A stretch of 64,000 nt of DNA from Eledone cirrhosa (GCA_964016885.1 OZ024749.1:46004001-46068000); one strand, 5' to 3'; numbered from the stretch's first letter, positions 44,490 to 61,113 are shown. Notes: a model not told the origin generated them from the sequence alone. A program made the numbers and translations.

Positions 44490-45087
44490 ATATGCGAAAC
44501 ATATTTTTGAATCAGAAATTGATTACTTTAATAACATAAATATATAGATATATAAGTATGTGTATGTATAAAGATACTCTCATCCATTTATGTGGATATC
44601 TGTAATTGATTGTGTCACGTCACGTCTGCAAAGATATTACTAGTTTGTGCGTATGTGTATGTGCATATGAGCATATAAATATATATAAATATATAAATAT
44701 ACACATATATATATATAAATATATAAATACACACACACATACACACACATATATATATATATATATCTATATATATATCTATAAGGGTGTGGTAGGTGAA
44801 TTTATGTATGTCTGACTGCCTTAGTCTCCATTAACAACATTTCCTTCATCTGTCCTCCGTTTCAATAGAATTTAATGAATCTTTATCTCATCTAAATATC
44901 TAAATATTCTCCGAAAAATAAATTAATAATAGCATACATACAAAGACATATTTACACACACATTTACGTACACATATCTAAATCTATATATGTATATATA
45001 AATAGAGTTATATATATATATACACATATATATATATATGCACACATATTTATATGTATATATTGTATGATATATATATATATTGTA

Positions 45088-45140
<53 letters not shown>

Positions 45141-45580
45141 AACCCATTTATTGTTTCTTTAGTAAGAAACTTAATGGAAACAAGTACTTATCTTCAAATA
45201 AACGTATTTTGTTTATTTTCTTCAATAATGTTGCTAATGATTTGAGCCAATAAATTCACATATGATGACACATAAATTTGAGTGAATGTTATATAAAAAA
45301 ATATAAAATCAAAGACAAACCACTGACGAGACAATAAACTGTACATTATTTTTTTGGTTTAAATTTCTAAATATTGTTCTTCATCAAGCCCATCGTATCT
45401 TAAAACCCTGCAAGAGATGTAATGTTTAAGTAATATTTCATTATTAAAACGAATGTTGTAATCACATGAATAAAATTATATATACTTTTTGGAAAAAGCA
45501 CACGCAAGTCCTAATATATATATATATATATATATATATACGCACACACATATACTCAAATATATGAATATATACACACA

Positions 45581-45662
<82 letters not shown>

Positions 45663-45771
45663 CCCTTCTATTACGTAATATATTGATATATAAATCTACC
45701 ATAGTGTTTTAATTCTCCTATACCTCACCCCCCACCCATCTCTCGATATATATATGTATACACACACACAC

Positions 45772-45842
<71 letters not shown>

Positions 45843-48104
45843 ACACACATAAATATATATATAAAGTACCCGCATGTCTTCGGCGTCTTCATTATGTATC
45901 CATTTTTAATCGTTGCATTAATAAATTATCCATTATTTAATTTGAAAATGTGATGTATTTCCGAAGTATATATTACTTTTTCTTTTACTGATATGGGTCT
46001 CTATTGAACCCGGATAATCTCTGATGTTATCTCTGCTCTGAGGCATTCCCCACATTCATCTACCTATCAGACTGTCTATGGGAAATGGCAATTGAAGTAT
46101 GGCTATTGAATGGATAGATGATGTCCATATTAATGAATTAAGTTGATATCGTTGTTGTTTAATTCACGTTCCTCCATGTTAAATAAAAACATAATGAAAT
46201 GTTTTTTGTTTTGTTTTTATTTGGGCTCATACAATTTCCGTGTCTTAATGATAGTATGTATTTATGACTACCCAAAATTGCTATAATTTCAAATTAAAGA
46301 AATGTAAAATGAACTATAGTTAGGCTATATTTTTATTTGCCTACCATGAATAATTGAGTTTCTTCAGGATACAGATAGAAAGACAAACTTTCCCACCCAC
46401 GGTTGCGCACCTTGTTATATGTAAGTATGTATCTTAACTATAATAAAGAAAGGAGTGCGGGACTGAACTCAGAATATATTATTTTACCTCGTTTGTAAAA
46501 TATGTTAGATTACTTTGCATAAATAATGAATGAACATTACATAATTTATGTGCTAAATTTCGTTATTGTTGATTAAATATATTTTATTGCTTATTTAAAG
46601 ATTCACTTCTTTAAAAGTTTCAAATGTCAACACTTCCGGTTAGCGGCCGTTATATTATAACACTTATAAAAATATCGCATATATTTCCGTCGCTAATGTT
46701 CACCGTAATGCAGTTTATATATAATATCATGTTTGTAAAATGTATCAAGGATTACTTTACTGAGTACAGAAGAGAGAGTAACACAGTCTCTCTTCAATTT
46801 CTGTGAATATTGTCAATTACGATTTTATTTGATGTATCATATCTACATGCATATATATTTGCGTATAATATCAATATGCACACTACACAAGCTAGCAGAA
46901 AACCATCCGAAGGGTAGTTTTTCTGCTAGTATATATAATGAATTCTATAAGCAATGCTTCGTATACCGGAAAATCACATTTATATCGGAGTAGTCGCATT
47001 AATAGTTTCACTGTGGAAGTTTGAAGAGGTTTTACTACATTCTGTTTCTGCATTTCTTTGTTTTTACACAACGTTTCTCTTTATATGTCTTAGGGCTAAT
47101 AAGCAGTTCATGAAATGTCAACGCCGTTATCATTCTGACTACTGCACCTGATCCCTCTGGTTATGCAAATCGATGTCTACGAGAAAAATTCTAGTGTAAA
47201 TCGATGTCAGGAGAAAAGTTCTAGTGTAAACTATTCCATTATGGATCGAAACTCATAATTGCAGAGATTTTCTAGCCACTCATTTAGATGCAATATTACA
47301 ATAGTTTTGCTAAGGAAGTACGGTCAGCAGGAGAATCGGGGTGGTATCATTGAGCTATCATTTCCAGAGATTCGTATGCTTCACTCGTACAAGAGAGCAT
47401 ACATTCATTGATATTTGATAGATATGTGCACTGATTTGGTTGTTTATTTTTCTACTATGCTGAAAATAAGATTGGGGTAGCTTTCATTAGAAGACGATTT
47501 CTACTCATTGTTTGAATGTAATTATTTTACCGGCAATTGAAGAAGGAAAGAAAAACAAAGCTTCGGTGGGATTCGAAATCTAACTTTAAAGGAATGTAAA
47601 GATATATAAGTACTTTCCTAATGCTGTTATCAATATTTAAAAAATAACGAAACAGATATCAAAATAAATTTTCTTCCAACAATACTGAGCAAAACATGAG
47701 GAATATAATATAGACTGTACATATTATACAGCATTGAAAAATGAAAGATTTTTCTAAAATATATTTAAGCTGAATACGTAAACCTATAATAGATGCTCCT
47801 TAGATATGCATTCAAAAGTATATATAAATATATATATATGTATATATACATATATATGTGTGTGTATATAATATATACATATATATATATGTATGTATAT
47901 ATATATCTATATATCTATATCTATATATCTCTCCATATATATAATATTATAATATATTATATTATATTACATTGTATTATATTCTGCGTCGATTTACCTA
48001 TTAATCTATCTTTGTGCGCCAATGCTTGTCTATGTACTAGAATGTTGAATATATTAAGATGTGTGTATACATGCGACAGGTATATATACATATATACCTG
48101 TCAC

Positions 48105-48183
<79 letters not shown>

Positions 48184-48511
48184 TGTGTGTGTGTAATGAT
48201 AGATAGATATAAACATACGTGCATGTGCGCTTGTGATAGGATGAAAATAAGTGTGCTTCTATGTTTGGTTGCATATGTGAGTATAGCAATTAGTTCAATT
48301 GATGATGCCTAGAGGTATTTCATATAATTCATCAAAGGGATAATGATCGATGCCTTTGATCTGTAATCATGTTTAATAACTACTTTCTATAGAAATATTA
48401 GAATAATATTTGGGCATGGTCTACATTCTTGTCATTCTCTTGTCACATAGAACATCAATGTTCGTATAAAAGCAGTAAAACTCATGCACACACACACAAC
48501 ACACACCCCCA

Positions 48512-48599
<88 letters not shown>

Positions 48600-48722
48600 G
48601 AATAAGATTGTTAATAATATACATATGAATACATCTAGAGGAACATTCACATTTTCAAATATTTAAATATATGTAAAAAACCCAAGCCTATTTTCATTAT
48701 TTACGATGTACAGAGATTTCCC

Positions 48723-48878
48723 TCATTTTGGATGAGTCTGGGACTTTACCTGAAGTTGGTTAGAGGCGCTGTATACCTGAACCTCTGCTAAAGCTTTATT
48801 TAGAAGCCAGTCTTCACAACAATCACCCAACACTACGATCTCGGCACTCAATCCATCTTTTCGACATTCAACAATACC
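48723..48878 (-). pseudogene. Possible decayed LINE AP-endonuclease fragment
   Basis: Minus frame reads ...GLSAEIVVLGDCCEDWL...SNQLQVKSQTHP*, reminiscent of the IVxLGDFNxH...W motif of CR1/Jockey-type endonucleases, but FN is missing. Confidence 0.3.
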
Positions 48879-49376
48879 TCAATATATCCCACTAAAAGTA
48901 TATCATCACCATGTCTCTCTCCAATAGCAACATACTACCTTTACGTCTCATCTAGCCTATTCACATATCCACTCTCCTTTATGTACAACAGTGCATTAAA
49001 TCAGGTTGTGGAAACTGAATGAAAGGCAATTCTAGTTTCACGAACAACATGCCGAGTATTGCTGCCAAGCATCTTATAAGTTAAATTCCATTTGCCGTTA
49101 CAGCAAGGACACGACTGTGTAATACAGTTTCATCAGCCAATGCATAAAATAAAACTATGCCCAATACCCTGTAACACAGGAAATATCCAAGAGTAATAGG
49201 GAATACTTTATCATTATATAACTATATGGCTCGTTTCCTATAATATTACTTTCAGGAGATATCGTTACATAATGGTAAGGTATGATATGTAATTCCAAGA
49301 GAATATGTTACATTTCATTTCTTCTATCTGCACTCTTTGACGGCCGCAGGAAATAGACACAAACACACACACACTC

Positions 49377-49440
<64 letters not shown>

Positions 49441-49441
49441 G

Positions 49442-49496
<55 letters not shown>

Positions 49497-49504
<8 letters not shown>

Positions 49505-49685
49505 AGATCAAAAGATGGTTAAAGGAGTTCAATATATTTTATTATGCGCATTTCAAAAACAAACATCATCAAACAATAATATTTGTGTTTTCATCAGATA
49601 AAACAGGAGAACATGATATGAAGGCTAAAAAAAACACTTGTTGATAGTGCAGTTTTAAATCAACCATCTTTTGATCTTATATTAT
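49497..49685. repeat. 24-bp perfect inverted repeat (49497-49520 / 49662-49685) flanking a hammerhead
   Basis: ATAATATAAGATCAAAAGATGGTT and AACCATCTTTTGATCTTATATTAT. Confidence 0.9.
49535..49605 (-). ncRNA. Type I hammerhead ribozyme (best-conserved copy)
   Basis: Minus strand: TGTTTTAT-CTGATGA-AAACACAAATATTATT(GTTT)GATGATGTTTGTTTTT-GAAA-TGCGCA-TA-ATAAAATA. 8-bp stem I, 16-position stem II with one mismatch, palindromic stem III TGCGCA, AUA triplet. Confidence 0.85.
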
Positions 49686-49768
49686 GCATACTCCAGTCCC
49701 ACAAACTGTAGAGTGCTTCTTATCCGATATCTGCATTGCTTTATTGTACTACAATAAAACTCACCTCC

Positions 49769-50016
<248 letters not shown>

Positions 50017-50314
50017 TATATACATGTATGTATCCACATATATTTAAATATATGTTTGTATTTATAACTATACTTGTTCCAGCTATCTATATATCAGTCT
50101 ATCTATCTCTCTATACATATATCTACGCAGCTATGCCTCTCTCTATATATTTATCTATCTATGCATATATCTATCCATACATTCCACCAATATCGTGTAT
50201 TATAATCAAGCATCTATTTAACAGAAAAATAATATTTATATGTTTAAAAGAAACACACATACTCGAGTATAAATATATATATATATATATTTCATATATA
50301 TATATATATATATT

Positions 50315-50473
<159 letters not shown>

Positions 50474-51002
50474 CCATTATTATGTTTGCATTATTAATAC
50501 CTGCAGGCAAACACGCTGTGTAACACATAATCAGAAATATTTCTAGCATGTGGGTGTGTAGCATTCATTATTGCTGCCTCATGCATCAACACTAACTTTA
50601 AAAAAAAAATAAAATTCATGAAATTACGAACGAATCTATCCTGATAGATTTTTTTTAAAAACCCAATCAGCAATTGAAACAATCGATAATTGAAAATACA
50701 AAAGAACAAGGATTGTTTTAAGAATTAGTGACAGACGCCTCACATGATAGAAAAAATATATATCTCTTGCGTATACGTAAATTATAGGTATTTTTGCCTT
50801 AATGTGTTTATGCTTAGCATTCATTGCTCTAATGTGTGGTGCTAGGAGTTCTGTACGTTATGAAAAAAATCAAATTCTTAAATTGCCAGCAGTAATTTCA
50901 ATAAGAGTTGGAATTGTTTACCACACGACAAGCTAAATTGGAAAACAATATAAACACCCACAGTTGTATTTATATTTATTAATATTTAAGAATATTTATG
51001 TG

Positions 51003-51036
51003 CACACACACACATACACACATACACACACACACA

Positions 51037-51100
<64 letters not shown>

Positions 51101-51133
51101 TCCACACACACGCACACACATTCACACACACAC
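51003..51133. repeat. (CA)n microsatellite
   Basis: Directly visible. Confidence 0.95.
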
Positions 51134-51140
51134 ATTCTCA

Positions 51141-51196
<56 letters not shown>

Positions 51197-51359
51197 CATA
51201 TATATATATATGAATAAATACACGAATGTCATACATTGTACATGCATAGGTAGAATACTGTGAGAAGACATGCACGTACACACACACAGACTCACACTCA
51301 TATACTTATACACAAAACATATCAACGTACTAACACACGCATACACACATACACATATA

Positions 51360-51439
<80 letters not shown>

Positions 51440-51607
51440 AAATGTGTGTGTGTGTGTGTGTGCGTGTGTGTGTATATATTATAGATATGTGTGTGTGCTC
51501 AACCAATACCATTCGTTTATATACACATAAATAGAGATATGTACGCACGCGTACATATGTACATTACTGTTCATCTTTGGATATATGTTTATCAGTGTGC
51601 ATATACG

Positions 51608-51693
<86 letters not shown>

Positions 51694-51732
51694 CATATAT
51701 ATATATACATATATATATGTATGTATGTATAT

Positions 51733-51801
<69 letters not shown>

Positions 51802-51804
51802 TAT

Positions 51805-51890
<86 letters not shown>

Positions 51891-52017
51891 GAACGATCGA
51901 CTTTCGTCAAATCGGACCGAGGAAACGATGTTTCCGTTGGTCTTTCCATTTGCTAATACTATCTATCGATCGCAACTCCAGGTAGAAGGAGCAACGTGTA
52001 ATAAAGTGTCTTGCTGC

Positions 52018-52071
<54 letters not shown>

Positions 52072-52199
52072 GGCTATATCTAACTAAGAAAGTTCGAATT
52101 AGGTTGTGCCATCACGTTAAAATAAACCTGTACCTATTACCAGTTCTAGTTCTATCAGAACATATATAATTTCCAAAACGAAACACATGGCCTGCGCTT

Positions 52200-52290
52200 T
52201 GTCGATAGATGAATGCAGGTAATATCGAGCCCTATTTTTGACTGAAAGGATGAAAGTCAACTTATACCTCGTTGAGATTTGACCTCATGA
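52200..52290 (-). mobile_element. Highly diverged SINE family A fragment
   Basis: GAAAGGATGAAAGTCAACTTATACCTCGTTGAGATTTGACCTCA is collinear with the reverse-complement SINE core. Confidence 0.5.
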
Positions 52291-52816
52291 GCAGAAATAT
52301 CTATGGCACAAAGCTTGATATCCTTTTCTAAATGTTGTTTGCAATTGGTCAGAAGTTAAATTGTTCCAAGATTCAGCAACAGAGGAGGCTGCTATCTTGA
52401 CTAGTGTTATGTCGCAATGTTTCCGGAGATTATATTGCCACCACATGCCACTGTGTTTCTCCTATTTTCCAATATAATCTGCACGAAATTCACTCGTTCC
52501 CAAGTCGCGTCGAATATTCCTGTACCAACACATAAAGCCTTCACCTATAATCGAGACATTCTATGATGGAATTGCCATGGAATTTATTGCAGGGGTTATA
52601 TCTACAGAGGATTATATAATTTTGTTTGTCTGGTTGTAGTTGCAATTATGTAGATACATTAATTTCTTAGATGGAACATTTCTAATGTCTATTTCTACCC
52701 AGCATTCAACTATCTTTCTATACCTCTCTCATTCAATATATATCTGCTCCTCTCCCTTTCTCTCTATCTATTTATTTTTATGTACATATATATATGTTTG
52801 TGTGTATATATATATG

Positions 52817-52847
<31 letters not shown>

Positions 52848-52950
52848 ATGTGTGTGTGTGTATATGCATGTATATATATATATTTATATATATATGTGTG
52901 TGTGTGTGAGGACGGTTACGTGTGTATAATGTATGCATGTATGAATGTAC

Positions 52951-53000
<50 letters not shown>

Positions 53001-53596
53001 ACATACGTATGCACGTATATATGTATGTAAGTAATATATGTAAGATTCATTGATAAAGAACTATTTGAAACCAAACACGAGAGGTTTTTCTTTCGGAAAT
53101 GTCATTAGTGCTGAAGTAAAGGACACCGAAGAATTATATAAAATACACCAAAAATAAAACAAAGCAAAACATATTCTTGAAACAACAACCACAACAAATA
53201 AAAGCCACGACAATAATTTCAGGAACAAAAATAACCAATAGAATATGAGCCGCACCAAGAACAATAAAAATTGTAACAATTTAGAAAGTATACCATTTGA
53301 TAAATTTTCCTCGATGAACAGCCGTGAGGGGGAAATATATATTTTGTTTTGATATTGTATATGTTGTTGTTGAGGTATGATAAAATATCTCTGAAGTAAA
53401 TTTATTTTTAAAAAAAATTTTAACTCAGAAACTCAAATACAAAATATAAAATAATTAAATGCGGTAAACAAAACAATTTCTATGTATACAAAACCTAATT
53501 TATATATTTTTTTCCGAGGACATATGTATGTATATATGTATATATGTATGTATGTATCTATGTATGTATGTATGTAAGTATTACTGTATGAATATG

Positions 53597-53780
<184 letters not shown>

Positions 53781-53996
53781 CTATATATACGGACACTAAA
53801 TGTTCCAACTACTATTTTAGCTATCGAATGTATTAAGTATTATTTTCTAAAATTGCTTGAAGTAGATTTTTTTTTTTATATAATTATTGTTATTTATATT
53901 TAGCTGCATTATTATTAGTATTATTACTGTTCCTAATGTATATTTTATTAATAATATAATCAATATCATTTTAAATATTTCTATTATTATTATTAC

Positions 53997-54065
<69 letters not shown>

Positions 54066-54210
54066 ACAGATAATTCTGCAGACAGTGTGCACTATAATTA
54101 GCATTGCAGTGTATAAGGTTCTTGGTTTCAAATCGAGATTGATTTCAAATATCTAACATTGTTATTGCTGCTATTCAACTACAATAACAATAATAATAAT
54201 AATAAATTAA

Positions 54211-54370
54211 TGTTTTCTGATTTAGGCGTCAGGGCAACTATTTTTGAGGAAGTCGGTTAAATCGACCCCATTACGCTTCTTGTACTTTATTTTATCGACC
54301 CCGAAAGGATAAAAGGCTAAGCTAATCTAGAGGGGATTTGAACTTAGAGCGTAAATGGTAGTAACTATGC
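54211..54370 (-). mobile_element. SINE family A (long-tail form), head truncated
   Basis: AGTCGGTTAAATCGACCCC...GTACTTTATTTTATCGACCCCGAAAGGATAAAAGGC...GGATTTGAACT. Confidence 0.85.
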
Positions 54371-54502
54371 GCAACGTTGTAGTAAAATTGTCGTCACAGT
54401 TTAATTTTAGCTGCTAATTCATGCAAAGTGAAATAAAGTGTCATGCCATCTTAACTCTAGGCTTTTTTACACGTGCTTTTGTTAATAACACCTCAATTAT
54501 AG

Positions 54503-54680
54503 ATGGACAAAGAGCAGCGAACAAATCTTAAGTCCGGCTTGTGAAAATGCGATCAGAAGCACCCGGAATATTGCGGCAACTGTACGGCTATGAGACGATG
54601 CCACGCTCATAGGTTTCGAGGAGTTCAAATTGTTCAAATAGGGAAGCGATGTGAATATAATGATAGCGAAGATGACGACG
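54503..54680 (+). pseudogene. Mariner (Tc1/mariner) transposase N-terminal fragment with frameshifts and stops
   Basis: Stitched frames give MDKEQRTNLK... GILRQLYGYETMPRS*V / FEEFKLFK*GSD, resembling the mariner HTH pattern EQRxNIKF...LxxxYGxxxMSRxxVFEWxKRFKEGRE. Confidence 0.75.
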
Positions 54681-55292
54681 TCGGTGGTCATCTTCGGATC
54701 GCGGTGGTGGTATTTGTTGTGGTGTGGCTGGTGATTTTGTTTGAGGTAATAGTGAAGATGCGGATTCTAAAATAACAGTTTCCTTGAAGAAACACACCAT
54801 CTTCTGCAGACTGGTACACGTGGCAATGGATCAGAAAGGATGATCACTTAACTGTTTATTTCGTTTTATATCTCTTTAATGTACACAGATATATCTGCAG
54901 ACGCTTTACTGTTTTATATGTTTATTACTATTTACTAACTGAATGTACGCTGGGGACACATGGCAACAGAGTTAAGCAAAGATAGAGTGACAAAGCTAAT
55001 GACAGAGACACACAGACAGAGAGGAATATGGAACATGGTCGGAAATGTTCGAAAGAGAAAGCGGGGGATAAATAAAATGAGAGAAAGAAGAAATACAGTT
55101 GATATATAGAATATAGAAGGGAGAGAGACCTTGATAGTGAAAGAACAAGACAAATATTGTGAAATTGAGGGAGGGAGAGAGATAGAGAAAGAAGGATAGA
55201 GAGAGAGAGGGGAGGAGAGGAGAAGAGAGAGAGAAATACAGACATACAGACGAAAAAGAAAGACTGAGTTTAATAAACGTTAAGAGCATAGA

Positions 55293-55329
<37 letters not shown>

Positions 55330-56055
55330 ATGTGTGTGTGTATATATATATATATGTGTGGAATTGGAGAAAAGAGTTGACATAATGAAAGAAAATATAA
55401 GGAAATAACGAGGGAGTGAAAGTAAGAATGATATCAAGAAAAAGGAAATAGAAAAGAACGGAAAGAAGATAACTAGAAAGAAATGCAAAAGCAATGACAG
55501 AAATGAAGTAAAATAGGATGAAAGAGAACTAGAAGTGAGGCCGTGAGAAAAATAGAAGAAATAACGAAAGAAAAATCAAGATAAAGAGAAAACGAAGAGA
55601 GTTGTGAAAGAACAGAGAATGAGATAAGGGAATAGAAGGATAATCAAATATCAATGTATAGAACGTATAATGCTAAAATAAATAAATAAATAAAATAAAC
55701 AGCTATCGAACAAAGGACGAGAACACTTTGACCATATCCAAGCGATAATGACCGATTTTCTAGTGTTTATATTCTAAATGAGACATTACATTATATATGA
55801 AAGTGTGCAAAGATTTGCCATTCCAGTAGTATTGATGTTTAATGGCGGACAGTTGACACAATAAACGGTAGATGAAACAGAGGAAACAATTTGGGAGCTT
55901 TTTACGAGCCAATTTAGATGCGTCTCTGTGGTATCTCCATTTGCTAGACAGAGTCAGCAAATATTACTCAATTGCACCATGCTGCCCCTCAAGTTTCATA
56001 AATTACATTGGTTACCATACACAATGTCTTAACACGACACAAAAAATACTAATAA

Positions 56056-56246
56056 TAATTGTTTCTACTTTTTGCACAAGGCCAGCAAATTACCCAGTGC
56101 ATTACTGGTACTTTATTTGCCTTTCATCCCGTAAGGATGAAAGGCAAAGTTAACCTCGACAGGATTTGAACTCAGACCGTAAAGGGACGTAACTATTTTG
56201 TAAAGCATGGCGTCCGACTCTCCACCGATACTGCCAATTCACCGCC
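56056..56246 (-). mobile_element. tRNA-derived SINE, family A, with internal inverted replacement
   Basis: Full-length reverse-complement match; 14-bp perfect hairpin at 56116-56148. Confidence 0.92.
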
Positions 56247-57254
56247 CCTAAAATGCTAACAATAATACAAGACAGACACGGTAGGGAATATATTCGATAA
56301 TGTTACATTTATTCAGAATTTGTGTCACATCTCGCCTGAACCCATGTGGCGTTTTCTACTTAGTCACTAGAAACAGCAGTCAACTCTCAATCATACCCAA
56401 ACTCTCTCTCAAAACCAAAAAACCATGGTAGGATGTTTTAGAATATCAGAAGTGATTTCGTAGATATGGTATGTGTGAAAAGAAGACGAGTTATCCGGTG
56501 CTGAAAATATCTTGACCCGAGCGTTTGTGTAAAAATTGTGCATGTGTGTGCGTGTGTGTTCAGAAATGATCTTTGGCTAAGTGTCATCACGTTGACCAAT
56601 CAGATTTACAAACACATCTAATAGTATACATGTTTACATGTCAAACACTGCACCAATGCAAAATCGGAGACTAAATATACAATATCCAACCCAACAAAAA
56701 TACAAACACAACCACAAAATAATACCATTTATAGCACGAAAGGAAAAATATTTCTCATCAGATATTTGATTAATCCGTGTTTACACAGAATATTTTTTTC
56801 TTATACGGTAATGCATGTCGTTGATGGTATTTGCATTCAGAATGAAAATAGCCGAAATATTCACCTTATATTACCACATTCTACGCTTTAAGATATTTGC
56901 CAATTTATCAACTGTGGTTCTATATTGCATTTATCAACTCAGAAAAGATGAGAGACAAACTTTACCTCGACAGGAGATCTAACCCAGAAAACAGAGAAAA
57001 ATTGTACATATGTATTTAAACCGACACCACAATACTTCTGTCACAACGTCGCCTATAATAAACACAAGTCTGCACACAATACAGATACAAATATATGCAC
57101 ATTGTGTTGCAGTAGGTAATCGCATGGGCATTGAAAATGTAATGATATTTATAATTATCATTATTCTTCTCGCATAGGCACACAATCACATATCCGTCTA
57201 CGTCTCTTAACGTTATTAAAAGACAACAACAAAAAACAGTAAATTCAGTATTTT

Positions 57255-57365
57255 ATTGGTATGAGATTGTATCGACCCTGGAGAGATGAAAAGCAAAGAT
57301 GAGATTTACGGTTGGATTTCAACCACGAACCTAATAGAGCTGCAAAATGATTCTGACAGTCCACC
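57255..57365 (-). mobile_element. Highly diverged SINE family A fragment
   Basis: TATCGACCCTGGAGAGATGAAAAGCAAAG...GGATTTCAAC. Confidence 0.5.
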
Positions 57366-58202
57366 AATCTGCATGGTGATAGAAAAAAATGAAGGATATT
57401 CAATATAAAGAATATGAGGAATAATATTTTCCAACGTTAATAATGATGAAAAAAGTTATTTAATGAATAAATCATATTAACTAAAATAATAATGATGTTG
57501 TTGATTATGATGATAATGATGATGATACTGATGATACTGACCGTGATGCTGTTGCCGTTGTTGAAGATGATGATGATATATAAAAATAAAATAAAAAGAT
57601 GAATAGCAAGAAAAGAAGAAGAGGGACAACAAAAATGAAATAAAAAACTGAAAGATTTAATGAAAAGAAAAAAAAAAAAATAGAAAGTTAGTGACACAGA
57701 ACATAAGAAATTTTGGTGAAGAATAAAAACACCAAAAAATACAACAAATAAAATGAAGATAAACGCAACAAGAACAGGAGAAAGAAAAACAAGACAGACA
57801 GAAAAATAGAACAACAACAACACATCGCTTCGAAAAAAGAATCTTCAAAGGAAATATCATTAAAACAACAACCAATCAAACAAAAAGATAAACATATGAA
57901 TTGGTTTATTAGAAAGAAAAAAAGAATAGTTCAAAAGAATTGGCAATATATAGACTAGGTTGCAGCCTGTATTTAACTAATATCTTATCATTAAGTGGTA
58001 AGGACGAAGTACTTTAATTAAAAAACTAAAGAAAAAACATAGGAGACGAAAATAAAAATAAAAATAAAAAATAAAGCTCGTACATATAACGCTTATGACG
58101 TCACTAGAAATGCCACCAGCGATATAGTGTGTATTAATTAAATTTTGTAAAGAAGTCTTGCTTATGTCGTGTCGCTTCATGAAACACAACTACTGCCCTT
58201 GG

Positions 58203-58346
<144 letters not shown>

Positions 58347-58800
58347 GGGTGTATAATCTATATATTTGGTAAATGTTGAGTCTTTTTACTGCGCAGTTCC
58401 ACCAGTGTGCACATCGGATGGTAAGCAAAATTCTGTATTTAGTCCTCATATATGTGTATATGAGCGTGAGCTTGTTAAGTGTATATGAATATATATATAT
58501 ACTTTATATTAGACCGTGAAACCTGCATTATACGAGAACACCTATGAGAAATGCGCAATAATATATTATCTACGAAACACTTACAAGAAGCATTATGCTT
58601 CCTTCTCCGTGGACTTTCGTAGCACATGAGCGGTAAATTATGAAGAATTAGTTAATAAAATATACGTATATAGCCGAAATTACAGGGATACTGAGAATAT
58701 TGATAACAGCTTAATATACTCGTCTAGGTCGTGTATTTTTAGGACATATATAAATACTGTATACGTGTATATATACAGCGTTATATTACCACACATACAC

Positions 58801-58871
<71 letters not shown>

Positions 58872-58900
58872 GTATATATATACATATATATATATATTTG

Positions 58901-59009
<109 letters not shown>

Positions 59010-59540
59010 TTATGAACTGTCGGTTCCATACGCCTTTGTGCTCTCTCTCTCTCTAACTCACTCTTTCTCTCTCTCTCTATATATATATATCTCTTAATTC
59101 CTCACTCTATCTATAACCATCAGCTTTTCCCTCCAAGATTATAACGTTATATCGCGTATTCTCGGAATTATAGTTCTCCTTTTGATAGCTCTTGCTATAT
59201 AGTTAAAACCTGACTTAAAGTTATTTCTCGAGGGCAACGGCACTTTCATGTCAATATAATTGCTAAGTTCTACAAACTCTAGATTTCCAGGTTCTTCCAA
59301 TTGCTTCTGGAAAATAAGCGTCAATATAAATTATGATTACATAAATATATATAATTTTCACACCGAAATTTCGAAAAGGTTTTCGACATATATTTTCAAA
59401 GAGTTTCTGTATATATCTGCATTTGAGCATTATTCACAAAGCCTTTCTCTCTACCACACACAAACAGAGACACACACGTAGACCCCCACTCACATAAAGA
59501 CTCATATATATATATATATATATATATGTGTGTCTGTGTA

Positions 59541-59591
<51 letters not shown>

Positions 59592-59610
59592 GTGTATATA
59601 TATATATGTG

Positions 59611-59723
<113 letters not shown>

Positions 59724-60253
59724 GTGTATGTGTGTGTATTCCTACACACATATATACGTATATATGTATGTGTGTGTAGAACAAAGAATTAATCAATACA
59801 GACTATCGTACGGAATACATTAAATTAAAGACCTCATCAACCAGTCTTACGTTAACCGCAGCCATCGCAAATACCGCCCTTCACAACAGCGCCGCCGCAA
59901 TCAAACACCGAAATAACAGCACCACCGCCGTCGCCATGCAACAGAAAACAGCCACGCACTTACCCCACCTTTCACCATGAAGAGAATACCTACAGGCTAT
60001 GAGCAAAGCTTTTACCTCCTCGGACACGATTGCAATAAAAAATATCGCGCATCGCACACATACAAACAGCCACTGCTCTCACTGTCTGACACATACATTC
60101 AAAGTTAGAAACGTATATTATATCACATGTATATATACATTTATATATATTTATACTTACACACGCACACTCACACACGCACACACTCACGCACAAACAC
60201 ATGCACACATGCACACATACAGACACACCTACACACACACGCACACGCACACT

Positions 60254-60291
<38 letters not shown>

Positions 60292-60375
60292 ACAAACATA
60301 TATATATATTTTAATTTAAATAATAAATACATGCATATATATAAATATATAAAGACACACCCAAAAATATATATC

Positions 60376-60459
<84 letters not shown>

Positions 60460-60461
60460 CA

Positions 60462-60516
<55 letters not shown>

Positions 60517-61040
60517 CCGTCATAGACACACACACTCACACACACACAGACACACACTAACACACACACACACACACACGCATGCATATATATATATATA
60601 TACATATATATATGTATGTATATATATATAACTAAATTTGTGCGTGCGTATATATATGCGGTTATCTATGTAGGTGCTTCTGTGTGTGTGGATGTACTGT
60701 CAATCAAAGGCAAGCTTTCGCTGCTTGGTTCAGCGGTACTAATAAAAAATAAACGCTAACGAGAACGTTCCCATTACGTCGAGATGTGGTTTCGCCCAGT
60801 CTTCATAGCACGTGATTACCTTCAGGTTGTGTCGTTATAAATATACTCACTCTCTCACATGTGTACTTATGCGCTTTTATTAGAAACTAGAGGAGCCCTG
60901 TCGACAATAATGGCTCCAATAGTTTTGAATATATTTAGGTTTGATATCTAGGATTAGTATGTCATATATAACAGTTTTACTGAGAAATGCAACAAACACA
61001 GACACAGAAACACACATTCACACGCGCACACATGTCCACT

Positions 61041-61113
<73 letters not shown>

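Noticed and set aside
47168-47230. ~31-bp direct duplication (a similar short duplication lies at about 18642-18690)
   Set aside because: Two-unit local slippage duplications without spacers; not CRISPR-like and no evidence of function.
55872-56153. 93-aa non-repetitive ORF
   Set aside because: No recognisable motif, and its 3' third runs into an antisense SINE.
58383-58420. Minus-strand CCGATGT-GCAC...GAACTGCGCAGTA
   Set aside because: The palindromic stem III-like segment is present, but there are at least three core changes and no stem I.
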